DNA of 64,000 nt, taken from a virus (lineage: Duplodnaviria > Caudoviricetes). Where the stretch lies: the IMG/VR virus record IMGVR_UViG_3300005805_000063, positions 22,634-86,633 of that record; one strand, written 5' to 3'. Under the pieces are notes generated by a model. That model saw only the letters and a program-made list of their open reading frames with translations. It ran no database searches and was not told where the DNA came from. Within the stretch, counting starts at the first letter, position 1. Each line of letters starts with the position of its first letter. The position numbers were made by a program, and so were the translations under genes. Below are positions 19,473 to 28,678 of the stretch, one piece after another.

Positions 19473-22247
19473 TTAGCACATTTTACTGAACTTGGTCTTA
19501 CCACCCATACGATATTCAGGAGCAGAAGTAGATTTATTTTCTCTTTCTTCTTTAAGTCTCTTACGCGCTTGACGAACATATCTCATAGGAACTCCCATAG
19601 CAGAAGGGTGACGTCTATCTGGAGCAAAAGGAAGTATGGGATTATCAGTACCATTATCTATCCAATTATCTTGAATGGCATCTCCTCCAAGAGCTATTGG
19701 TCCCAATAGACCAAACGCGGTTGACATTCTCTCACCAACTGATTTGCTATTTCCAGGAAAATTAGGAAGTGCATTGACTAATTGAGAGGCAAACTCAAAT
19801 CCAGCGTTTCCTTTTGAATTATTAACATTATAATTAATATCATTTCCTTTTAATGCAAGATTTAGTGGCAGGCCTTTCCATCCTCCAAACCATTTTAGAC
19901 CTGCCTCTGCCATGTTTTCCAATCGACTATCTCCAAAATTTTTACGCCTTTCTGTTCGATTCCAATTCAAACTTTTCTCTGCAAACTTTTCTGCCTTTGC
20001 TCGTTTTTGTTCTTCGCTTAATTTTGGAGGAATAATTGGAATTAGTTTTTTTGACATAGGCATTTTTAAACCCACTTGTCCAGAAGGAACTTTAGGAAGT
20101 TCTTGAAAGTTTCCAACAGCTCCAAAAGGAATAACATCTTTAGATGTTTTTTGCTTTCCTACAAATTGTGGAATTCCTCCTTTTGATACAATATATGCTT
20201 TCATTGCATTTGTCATATCTCCAATTTGAGGATTACTTTCATAAATTCCTTTTACAGTTGATAAATCATTAGGAGTAAACTTATTTTTTGCTTTTGAAAA
20301 CATAAAATTATCATAGTCTGATTTATTTGTAAACCTTGGGTCACTTGATTCGTAGTTTACAAAAAAATTTGAAGGACTTGATGAAGTTGACTCAACTGGT
20401 TCCTTTCCATAATTTGCATTTATTTGGGTTAATTCGGCAGGAGGAAAGGAGTAACCAGTACCCCTTGAAGCAATTAGATTTCTATCCTCTCCAAGAAATT
20501 TTATTCCACTTTGCCCAAGAAGAGGTTTCTTTACACCTCCTTGAAAGACGGGAGCAGTTGCTTTAGCACGGTTGCTTTCACCATACCAACTCTGCTGAGG
20601 ATTTTTGTTAAGGTCCTGAACAGCATCTCCAGCCTGTACCCAATGGTCAGGACGACTCAGCATATGGCCACCCATTTTGTAGCTTTTTGCAGGGATAGTT
20701 TTATCTCCAAACGTAGAGTTAGGAAAATCGCCACCCTCAAACATACGAGCCTTAGGGCTTGAGTCTTCGGTAAAATTCATCATCCCGGCTGCAGAACTCC
20801 TGTCCGTACGGAGAGGCGTGCTGATACGAGCCTTCGGACTTCCCATTTGACCGCCAAGTGCCATTTTAAGTGTATCAATAGAACCTCCAAATTGATGCTT
20901 CCATTTAGCAGCATTACGGGCAAAGTTTGCACGCTTGACAAGCGTGGGTGAGTATTTCTCTTTGTTTGCAAGAACCTTGCTTGCAAATGCCTGTACTCCC
21001 ATTCCTGCCCTGTTTGCAGAGGCAGTGAATTTGCCCCTGTTTTCAGGCTTGATGTGGATGCCACTCTTTCCATAGAGTTGACCGCCATTTTTAAATGGCA
21101 AAGCCCAAAGACCATTGCTCAGGGGTTTCTTGTGCGCATCGGCAGCATCATAGGGTACGTTTCCAAACTTTTCCATAGTTCCTCCTTCTTTGTGTTGCGG
21201 TAAAAGATATTTTGAAATTTTATAAGCGTGTGTAGTTGGCATAGGATATTCTGTTACTGATTTTGCACCCGGGAAATGGTACTCCTGTTCCGGTTGCATA
21301 ATTACTTGTTGTTTTTTATCTGTCTCGGCAAATACGGGATATGGTACTCCTTTCATTGTAATATCGTTTCCGGGTATTGTTGTGACTTTACCTGGATGAG
21401 CCCATTGACCACGTGGGTCTACAATCGAGCCACCTTTTTGGTTAAACCAAAGCATGCCTCCGCGGCCAAACTTGTTTTTTTGTTCTCTATAAAACTTTAC
21501 GTGAGGATTTACTTTTGATGCACTGTCATATTCTCTGTTGAATTTTGGGTCCTTTCTTAAAAGGATTTTTTCAACATACTGCCTTGGTTCAGTTGAAAAA
21601 TGCTTAATCCAATCAGTATTTTTATAAATATCTATGCCTTTGCTTTTTAATTCATTTAGCTTCCTTAGAGTTGCAGTTGCACCTTGGTTGTAGGCAATTA
21701 AAGTCTTTGCCAATCTGACATTTTCTGGCTGATTCTCTACATTTATCCAAGGTCTATTATACAAACTGTTCATTATATTAGTTTGCATTCTTATTGCAAT
21801 CTCTGGATTGAATAAGTCCTTTTGGCTATACTTTGTATGATATCTTTGATTATAATCTCTTCGTGCGATATCTTTGATTTGTGCCCAACCAGCAGCTTTT
21901 GAGTCTTTGTTAAAAGCATTGGGATTATATGTACTTTCTTTATAACCCTGACTTTCTAAAATTTTATAAGGAACTTTAGTAGATGGTACAGGTTTTTCTT
22001 TAGATGAAGTCTTTACTGGCTGTTTTTCATCTTCAGACTCAAATGGATTTATATAATCGATAGCCGAGCTAATTCCTTTCTTGATATAGTCAAGAATACC
22101 GCCACCAGTCTGCAAGTTTTTTATCTTACGCTCTTGCGCAAGCATTTCCTTAGTTGGCTTCTTTCCACTTCCCTTGTTGGCACGAATATTATCCCACAGA
22201 CCTCTGCGAGAATATGAGCCATCCTTACGTTTGATAAGGTCACTCAT
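19473..22247 (-). CDS. Mosaic virion protein (924 aa) with a lytic transglycosylase (SLT/lysozyme-like) domain and several small modules
   Basis: QGYKESTYNPNA..SKAAGWAQI..NPEIAIR..LIAYNQG is an SLT motif set. Small modules include RRGLWDNIRANKGSG, DPRGQWAHPG..ITMKGV and IHIKPENRGKFT..KRANFARNAAKW. Confidence 0.65.
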   Translation of the reverse strand: MSDLIKRKDGSYSRRGLWDNIRANKGSGKKPTKEMLAQERKIKNLQTGGGILDYIKKGISSAIDYINPFESEDEKQPVKTSSKEKPVPSTKVPYKILESQGYKESTYNPNAFNKDSKAAGWAQIKDIARRDYNQRYHTKYSQKDLFNPEIAIRMQTNIMNSLYNRPWINVENQPENVRLAKTLIAYNQGATATLRKLNELKSKGIDIYKNTDWIKHFSTEPRQYVEKILLRKDPKFNREYDSASKVNPHVKFYREQKNKFGRGGMLWFNQKGGSIVDPRGQWAHPGKVTTIPGNDITMKGVPYPVFAETDKKQQVIMQPEQEYHFPGAKSVTEYPMPTTHAYKISKYLLPQHKEGGTMEKFGNVPYDAADAHKKPLSNGLWALPFKNGGQLYGKSGIHIKPENRGKFTASANRAGMGVQAFASKVLANKEKYSPTLVKRANFARNAAKWKHQFGGSIDTLKMALGGQMGSPKARISTPLRTDRSSAAGMMNFTEDSSPKARMFEGGDFPNSTFGDKTIPAKSYKMGGHMLSRPDHWVQAGDAVQDLNKNPQQSWYGESNRAKATAPVFQGGVKKPLLGQSGIKFLGEDRNLIASRGTGYSFPPAELTQINANYGKEPVESTSSSPSNFFVNYESSDPRFTNKSDYDNFMFSKAKNKFTPNDLSTVKGIYESNPQIGDMTNAMKAYIVSKGGIPQFVGKQKTSKDVIPFGAVGNFQELPKVPSGQVGLKMPMSKKLIPIIPPKLSEEQKRAKAEKFAEKSLNWNRTERRKNFGDSRLENMAEAGLKWFGGWKGLPLNLALKGNDINYNVNNSKGNAGFEFASQLVNALPNFPGNSKSVGERMSTAFGLLGPIALGGDAIQDNWIDNGTDNPILPFAPDRRHPSAMGVPMRYVRQARKRLKEERENKSTSAPEYRMGGKTKFSKMC

Positions 22248-22695
22248 GGCTAATATGATAGTTTTGACCTGACATAATTCTCGCCTGCAATTCTTTCCTC
22301 TTCCTTCTCGACAGTCTTACGCCAAAGTTACCTTTTATTCCATTAATTACAACACTGTACTTTTTGCCGTCAGAATGCCAGTTTGCATGGCGATTATTTG
22401 GCTTTGTGTCACCGGCAATCATCCATTTGTTGCCATCAAGCGTTTCAATCCTGTCCCCGTTAATGAGGCAGTCGCTGAGATGAGTTGTAAGCATTTTACA
22501 AAACTTGCCATAAACCATACCTGCCCACCGCACTCTCCGCCTTCCAGCATTATTGTAAGGATAGATTTTTTCTAACTCCTTACGATTATCATTCAACATA
22601 TCAACCATTGGTTTGGTTGAAGCAATGTCCTGTGGAGTAGTTTCCTTATAGTAAACTACTCTACCACAAGGCAGAATATGTTGACGCTTTTTCAT
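22240..22695 (-). CDS. Basic conserved protein in the tail module (possibly IHF/HU-like, as in crAss-like phages)
   Basis: Position, and the basic C-terminal motif VRLSRRKRKELQARIMSGQNY. Confidence 0.4.
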   Translation of the reverse strand: MKKRQHILPCGRVVYYKETTPQDIASTKPMVDMLNDNRKELEKIYPYNNAGRRRVRWAGMVYGKFCKMLTTHLSDCLINGDRIETLDGNKWMIAGDTKPNNRHANWHSDGKKYSVVINGIKGNFGVRLSRRKRKELQARIMSGQNYHISHE

Positions 22696-23099
22696 TCCGG
22701 TAACGTCATCGGCATTTTTTTATAATACCGGCGAGCATTTTTCTGCATCTTATTTTTACGAATAAGATAGTCCGCCGTAAGTACCTTTTCGCCATTGGCT
22801 AATTCGTTACAAAGTGAAACTTCGTCCAAACGATTATATATGGCTGTAATATCCCTTTGCCAAAGCATAAACCTGCCTTCACCGCTTTTGGCGGTTTTCT
22901 CAGCATGTTTGAAGAATGCTTTTGTCATGCGGTAAACCACATGACGCGGCAACTCTACCCCTTCATCCCGAAGCTTATCTCTAAGCTCTTGGGAAAATTC
23001 ACTTAGTTGCAGGTCCCGCACCCGGCAAATCGGTTTGTGTGTTTGCCTGAGGGCGTACCCTGTACATGGTGCGGATGTATGATTCTGCGGTCTTGCCAA
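22692..23099 (-). CDS. Small basic tail-module protein; start uncertain (in-frame GTG near 23021 possible)
   Basis: Fills the gap between neighbouring genes; the listed start overlaps the upstream gene by about 100 nt. Confidence 0.4.
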   Translation of the reverse strand: MARPQNHTSAPCTGYALRQTHKPICRVRDLQLSEFSQELRDKLRDEGVELPRHVVYRMTKAFFKHAEKTAKSGEGRFMLWQRDITAIYNRLDEVSLCNELANGEKVLTADYLIRKNKMQKNARRYYKKMPMTLPE

Positions 23100-23637
23100 T
23101 TAATGTATCAACAAGTCCTGCAGGAAAAGGATAATCACTTGTCTCAGAATCATAGTCTCCGTACAATTCAATATCTGACGGGTCTTCAAAAACAGCCGTG
23201 ATTTTGATTGTTTGCGGAGATACATTTTTGAAAGTGATTTTGCCTTCGTTGTAGCAGGCAATCGGCATCTTTCCTGTAAACTGTTCATGTACGACATTTT
23301 CAATGTCACCGCCAGTTACAAAATGATAGCCCGACCTGTCATCACGACCACCTATATAAAGACAAGCAGGTTCTCCACTTAATTGGATAACCATCCTTGG
23401 AACTATAATATATGGTGAACGGTTGGCATCGCGTTCCACTTTCAAATTTGAGATTGTCTGAGTGTATCCTTGATAAGGGCGACGAAAGTTTGACCTTGCG
23501 TCAATCTCCATAATCATACGCACACGCAGGGTATCGAGTTCATCCCCAACCTGCTCGCGTGATAAAGAGGTATTGGTGACCCCCTCGGCGGAGGTCACCA
23601 ATTCCATTACAGATGATATAATCTCTAACTCAGTCAT
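22999..23637 (-). CDS. Tail ring protein (212 aa)
   Basis: IKITAVFEDPSD..DYPFPAGLVDTL resembles crAss ring proteins; conserved position. Confidence 0.6.
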   Translation of the reverse strand: MTELEIISSVMELVTSAEGVTNTSLSREQVGDELDTLRVRMIMEIDARSNFRRPYQGYTQTISNLKVERDANRSPYIIVPRMVIQLSGEPACLYIGGRDDRSGYHFVTGGDIENVVHEQFTGKMPIACYNEGKITFKNVSPQTIKITAVFEDPSDIELYGDYDSETSDYPFPAGLVDTLIGKTAESYIRTMYRVRPQANTQTDLPGAGPATK

Positions 23638-24506
23638 TAAGCAATCAAGTCAGTATCGACAGTCGTCAGGGCAGTATCGAGAGTAAGACCACTCTTAACA
23701 TACAACCTTACACCGTAAATCTGGTTATTATGAGCTTCGTTAGGAACAGGAGTATTACCGTAGCTTGCGGTAATAGAAGGACTTACAACTTCAAAGTAGT
23801 AAACATTGTAGCTGGCACCAGGAAGAGGCATCCAGTTGATGTTCTGGTCAATGTTGAAGTTTTTAGCCCAGTTCACATTCTTAACGGCATCGTAGGTACC
23901 GATAGGAAGAGCACCTACAACAAGCGTAGGAGTAGGAAGCGTATAATCTACAGAATAGAGTTGGATACGAGTTCCTACTTTTTTGGAGGTAATAACCAAC
24001 GTATCAGTTGCTGCAGTATACGTTACAGTAGCCCAAGCATTGGGGTCTGCATTGATGGCAGCGGCAATTGCATTACCTACACCATCAACAGTAGTCTGAG
24101 CTGCAGAAACCTGATAACGCTTTTCGATAGGACGGTTTTGGTACTGAACGGGAGTCAGGTCAAGGGTATCCTCAACAAGACGAAATACAGTTCCAGCTGC
24201 ACAAGTGGTGCCAGTCAGAACGTAGGTTGCACTGCCCTGAGTACCGGCAGACGCAGCTGTACGAATCATCTTAGCAGCACCGGTAGCACCATTGAAGTAA
24301 GAACCTTTTCCACCACGTGCAGTTGCAGCAGCAGCGGCAGTAGAATTAACCCAGATAACTTCGTTAAGGAAACCATCAAGGATAAGACCGCCTGTACCAG
24401 CAGTTGCATCAATATCGTTGGAAGCATATGCGGTGCCGTCATCTTCGAGAGCGACAACCTGAGAGTCAGCATTTACGATGATCTCTTTTACGGGAATTTG
24501 AAACAT
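23637..24506 (-). CDS. Structural protein, probable auxiliary capsid/decoration protein (289 aa)
   Basis: T/A/G-rich beta-type composition, AIAAAINAD motif, strong codon bias like the capsid gene. Confidence 0.5.
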   Translation of the reverse strand: MFQIPVKEIIVNADSQVVALEDDGTAYASNDIDATAGTGGLILDGFLNEVIWVNSTAAAAATARGGKGSYFNGATGAAKMIRTAASAGTQGSATYVLTGTTCAAGTVFRLVEDTLDLTPVQYQNRPIEKRYQVSAAQTTVDGVGNAIAAAINADPNAWATVTYTAATDTLVITSKKVGTRIQLYSVDYTLPTPTLVVGALPIGTYDAVKNVNWAKNFNIDQNINWMPLPGASYNVYYFEVVSPSITASYGNTPVPNEAHNNQIYGVRLYVKSGLTLDTALTTVDTDLIA

Positions 24507-24536
24507 GTTACTTGAAATTTAAAAGTTAAAACTTGG

Positions 24537-25268
24537 TTATTGTTGCGCAGCACTTTCTTGCATGGCTATCGGAGTCCTTGCGGATTCGATATTTTCTAAG
24601 AAGAGAGACCTGCACACATTGGCGATTTGATAGTATATATTATTACGAGTTGTTCCGGTGTTGAATTCCAAGTAACTCGGTGTAAACACTGAGGGAGATG
24701 TCAATGCAACCGATACAGGCTGCTTGACATAATCCACAAAAGCATTTGCCGTTGAACCCAGAGACACAACATCTACAACTGAAGAATCAAACAAGATTTT
24801 AATCTTGATGTTCTGAGATGCGCCTGACGGCTCGGAGTAAATCTCATAATAAAACCTACGGAAGTTCGGTTTACCGTATGCGCTTCTGTTACGAAATCCT
24901 TTTTGACCAGATTTCATCCTTTCGGGCCAGAATTCATAGATAGTCGAACTATCAGAGGCACTATACTTTTTATACCTACCAATGTTTTGCTTGAACCTAA
25001 CCTTGATTTTGAGGCTTAAGAGATGCCGGAAATCTCCCGGCATCTCTATCACCCCATTTGAATCAATCGTAAGACCGGTATTGGGTACAATGAATGACGC
25101 GAGGTCTTCACTGTCTTTTACAATAAGGTCAATACGCAGGTAGTTACTGTCAATATACTGGGATATCGCTTTATTATAAAAGTAGTTGAAGTCAGTGGGA
25201 GTAAAAGTCGGAGACTCGTACTTGTCCAGTTCCCTCAAAATATCACGATATGCGTCCAGTGGTGTCAT
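24537..25268 (-). CDS. Tail ring protein (243 aa)
   Basis: ELDKYESPTFTPTDFNYFYNKAISQY N-terminus resembles the crAss capsid-module ring gene; position two genes after the MCP. Confidence 0.6.
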   Translation of the reverse strand: MTPLDAYRDILRELDKYESPTFTPTDFNYFYNKAISQYIDSNYLRIDLIVKDSEDLASFIVPNTGLTIDSNGVIEMPGDFRHLLSLKIKVRFKQNIGRYKKYSASDSSTIYEFWPERMKSGQKGFRNRSAYGKPNFRRFYYEIYSEPSGASQNIKIKILFDSSVVDVVSLGSTANAFVDYVKQPVSVALTSPSVFTPSYLEFNTGTTRNNIYYQIANVCRSLFLENIESARTPIAMQESAAQQ

Positions 25269-26089
25269 CAGTCAACCTTGGTTTTGGTTTTCTCAGCCAG
25301 CATTGCCTTCATAGCCCGTACGCGCTCGGCGTTTTCCGGGTTAATCAGGTAATTAACAACCATTTCTTCGTTGTGACCAAGGGTCACGCCGTCCTTACCT
25401 CCAAAATAGAACACCCCGTCACGTTCCCGTTCAATTACTTTCCATTTGACGATATCTTTTACAAAGACTGAAGCATTGACTTTTGCTTTATTGGCAGGGT
25501 CAATCACTGCAAGAACCGCTTCAGGATTGGTATTTGATTTACTCAACAACCAATCAAGAATCTGTTCAGGTGAGAAACTAGCAGCACCTTCCAGTCCCAA
25601 CGCTTTTGCTATGCGCACTTGGTCTTGCTGAGAAAGCTTCCGCACAGCAGGCCGTGCTTCATCAATCTTTGCTGATTTATCAATGCGCTCTTTTGCTTCT
25701 TTACGTTCATTGGCAACATAGAAGACCTTATCCCTGTTTCCGGCACCAAGCGATTTGTCAAGTGCAATGTAGGGATGGTTTTTAAGCCACTTCCAAATTG
25801 CAGCATCGTAAGGGTCAGACAGGTTAAGGGTTTTTCCTTCTTCAATAACCACTTTGGTTTCATGGTCAAAGATGAAAGGAAGCTTCCGTTTATCTTCTTC
25901 AGTCAAAAGTTCATAATATCCAAACGGGCCTTGTCCAGTCCACAGCTTTCCAGACTTGTCCTGTAGAGGGCGGCAAGTCACAGCCTGCTGGGTACGGGGA
26001 CGAAAGGCACAAAAAGTAATTACACCGGTATCTTCTGTCGTTGACAGGGTTTTTTGGAGTTCGGTTTCCATGGTTGTTATGCTTTGCAT
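25268..26089 (-). CDS. Conserved crAss-like capsid-module protein following the MCP (273 aa)
   Basis: Position; LNLSDPYDAAIWKWLKNHPYIA motif. Confidence 0.55.
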   Translation of the reverse strand: MQSITTMETELQKTLSTTEDTGVITFCAFRPRTQQAVTCRPLQDKSGKLWTGQGPFGYYELLTEEDKRKLPFIFDHETKVVIEEGKTLNLSDPYDAAIWKWLKNHPYIALDKSLGAGNRDKVFYVANERKEAKERIDKSAKIDEARPAVRKLSQQDQVRIAKALGLEGAASFSPEQILDWLLSKSNTNPEAVLAVIDPANKAKVNASVFVKDIVKWKVIERERDGVFYFGGKDGVTLGHNEEMVVNYLINPENAERVRAMKAMLAEKTKTKVD

Positions 26090-26103
26090 AGGTTAGTTAA
26101 AAA

Positions 26104-27564
26104 TTAATACACTTTCTTCTCGAGCATCATCGAAGAGTACGGGTTGTGGAGAACCACGCCCATGCTTCCGATAATGGTCTTTGAAGAACCATCCAGCGTA
26201 GAGCTTGCCATGCCGGAAGTCTTTCCGTCTTCGCCACCGATACCCGCTACGAGTCCAGTGATGAAGGAACGACCGTCTTTAGCAATCAATTGGATGTTCT
26301 TTACACCATCATAGGTAGACATGTCGATGAACAGGAACTTGCTGGACTCAAGCGGCTTACCGTTGCTGTCCTTAACGGACGGGTTAGCCGGGTGGTCAAA
26401 CACACCGTTTACGTTCACAACAATGGTGTTACCCTGGAAGGTGTAAGCATTGTACTCAGCACCCAGTTGCAGTTTGCCATTCTTGGTCTGCACGTAGGTG
26501 TTGGGCTGCAGCTGCCAGCCTGCCTTATGCTCAGCGCGCATGATGCGACCGAATTCCTTGTAGCCTTCACGACCAGTGGTCATGAGCCAAGTGTTTCCGG
26601 TAGGCTTCGGAGCACGGAGAGAGAGGTCAGACATTGCATCCTCGAGCAGGCCGATGGTCAGCGTGCTGTAGGTTTGCTTTTGGCTGTCTGCAATCTGAGC
26701 AATAAGACCGTCACCCTTAACAATGTCTTGGCCAGTCTTAGGGTCTTGCAGGAAGCAACGACCATTAGCATCCATCGTGGTACGACCATAGATGAGTTCC
26801 ATTTCCTTGTTCAGGTGGAACTGCTCCATAGCAGCACGGAAGAGTTCATCGGTCACATAGTTCAGCTTAACAGCCTTACCGTTGTGAGCAACAACGTCTT
26901 CGATGAGATACTTGGTGGCAGCAGCATCGGCAGACCAAGTCCAGTCGTAACGGACTTTGGTCAGATAGTTGACATGCTCCTCGTATGCCTGAGTGGTAGC
27001 CAGATAGCCACGGTCAGACATTTCAGGGAATGCTTTACCGGCAGGGCCAGAATCACGGCCGGCAAACATCAGTTCATTGTTTACAGATTCACTGATGTTA
27101 TTGGTGTTCAAACGAACAGTGTATTCCCACTTACCTTCACCAATAAATACAGGACCAGCTGTTACAAAGAGAAGGCTGTTGTCCTCAAGTTTGATGATGT
27201 CATAAGGGTTGTAATAAGCACTGTTGAAAGCAACAATAAACTCAGCTCCGTTTACACCACTGGTTCCTGAGCCAAGAACACCGCCGGTATTGCGGTCTGC
27301 AAACTTAACGCGAGGGACCTGATGACCACGGATCCTCCACTTGTACTGCTTTTCATTGATACCTACAAAGCTGTCAGACTGAGCCTTGATGTCATAGATT
27401 TCCCCGAGACCTTCGGTGAGGAAGGAAATGGAGTGCTGAGGGAAAAGACGGATGGTCTTTGCCGCCAGGTTAGGAGCAACCGCGAACAGCTTCTCGAGCT
27501 CACGCATGGTGGCCGTGTTGCGAGTGTTCAGCAGGTTATTGGAAATTCTCGATACGATTCTCAT
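26104..27564 (-). CDS. Major capsid protein (486 aa, crAss-like)
   Basis: Size, position after portal and scaffold-like gene, strong codon bias; motifs FHLNKEMELIYG, GDGLIAQI, MTTGREGYKEF, FLFIDMS, GVVLHNP. Confidence 0.85.
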   Translation of the reverse strand: MRIVSRISNNLLNTRNTATMRELEKLFAVAPNLAAKTIRLFPQHSISFLTEGLGEIYDIKAQSDSFVGINEKQYKWRIRGHQVPRVKFADRNTGGVLGSGTSGVNGAEFIVAFNSAYYNPYDIIKLEDNSLLFVTAGPVFIGEGKWEYTVRLNTNNISESVNNELMFAGRDSGPAGKAFPEMSDRGYLATTQAYEEHVNYLTKVRYDWTWSADAAATKYLIEDVVAHNGKAVKLNYVTDELFRAAMEQFHLNKEMELIYGRTTMDANGRCFLQDPKTGQDIVKGDGLIAQIADSQKQTYSTLTIGLLEDAMSDLSLRAPKPTGNTWLMTTGREGYKEFGRIMRAEHKAGWQLQPNTYVQTKNGKLQLGAEYNAYTFQGNTIVVNVNGVFDHPANPSVKDSNGKPLESSKFLFIDMSTYDGVKNIQLIAKDGRSFITGLVAGIGGEDGKTSGMASSTLDGSSKTIIGSMGVVLHNPYSSMMLEKKVY

Positions 27565-27592
27565 TTTTTTTGTTTGTTAAAAATTAAAAAAA

Positions 27593-28666
27593 TCAGAACC
27601 TGTTCAATACAGTCGGGTCAAACGGGTCGATATCAACACCACGTCCACTGCTCGATTGCAACTTCTCTGGAGTGTCAAATATCTTATCCATTACCCGACT
27701 TCTTGCACGGTTCTTTTGGATAGAAGCACTGTTTTGAATCATGTCCTTCATAAAGGCAACTCCGAGTGCTGCGAGTACGACCCCTTCGTCACTTTGCAAC
27801 GCGTGGTCAAGCGCAGTAAACCCTTCATTGTCTCTAACAGTAGTGATTTGAAAGATGGCTTCCTTCATCTTATCATTTAGCGGTACACCATACACTTGGT
27901 TGATATTGCCTAGATATTGGCCGTATCTCTGCAACTCTTCCTGCTCACGCACAGCCCTTTCTTCCTGTTCTCTCTTCGCCATCTCTGCTTTCTGTTGCTC
28001 TTGGATACCTTGCTCCTCTTGCAACTGCTCGCGTAGCGATTTGATAAAAGGTTCGAACTGTCCGTTCTGCTTAAGCGAATCCACCATCGACTGAATTGCC
28101 GTTTCAGACGATTTTGGAAATCGCTTCTTAAAGTCTGATACAGCAAGGTCATTATCATCCATCCCTTCGGGGGATGATGCAAACCCGTTGTACAGGTCTT
28201 TAAGGGATTTACCCTCCTGTTTGGCTCGCAGGACTTCCTGTATTTCAGGGTCCTGTAACATCGCTTCAATTTCCTGATACTCGGAAAGTTTTGCATTCAC
28301 ACCTTCGGTCATCCTTTGGATGATTCCTTCAAGGGCTTCAGCCTCCTGTTCCTTTGTCAGTTCATTGATTCCCTCAAGATTCAGACCAAACTCAAACTTC
28401 TCATCCAAGTAGTGAAGTACACTTGGATATTCAGTCTGCTTTTCTTCAGTCTGTTCTTCCTGTTGCTCATCGGTATCCATATTTGCAGGCTCACCGATTG
28501 CATTGGGATTCTGTTTTTTAGGAACCTCTTGTTGAGATTCCTGCTTCTTCTCTTCTGCCGGTTGATTTCCCAGCAACTCATTCAACTGCTCTTCCGAATC
28601 AATCGTCGGAATCGATGACAAGATGTCCGCTCCTTGAGCCAATCCGTCTTCCTGTACTAATTCCAT
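27593..28666 (-). CDS. Acidic coiled-coil protein between portal and MCP (probable scaffold)
   Basis: Rich in E/Q with predicted helices; conserved position. Confidence 0.55.
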   Translation of the reverse strand: MELVQEDGLAQGADILSSIPTIDSEEQLNELLGNQPAEEKKQESQQEVPKKQNPNAIGEPANMDTDEQQEEQTEEKQTEYPSVLHYLDEKFEFGLNLEGINELTKEQEAEALEGIIQRMTEGVNAKLSEYQEIEAMLQDPEIQEVLRAKQEGKSLKDLYNGFASSPEGMDDNDLAVSDFKKRFPKSSETAIQSMVDSLKQNGQFEPFIKSLREQLQEEQGIQEQQKAEMAKREQEERAVREQEELQRYGQYLGNINQVYGVPLNDKMKEAIFQITTVRDNEGFTALDHALQSDEGVVLAALGVAFMKDMIQNSASIQKNRARSRVMDKIFDTPEKLQSSSGRGVDIDPFDPTVLNRF

Positions 28667-28678
28667 GTCTTTGACATT

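Noticed and set aside
26290-27270. 326-aa plus-strand ORF antisense to the major capsid gene (also 23730-24515 and 27322-27723)
   Set aside because: Shadow ORFs explained by the strong codon bias of the sense genes; no motifs and no plausible leader.
26090-27592. TTAATTTTTAAC shared upstream of the MCP and the next gene as a late promoter
   Set aside because: It includes the upstream stop codon and resembles generic AT-rich Bacteroidota translation leaders (a similar tract precedes SSB); not distinctive enough.
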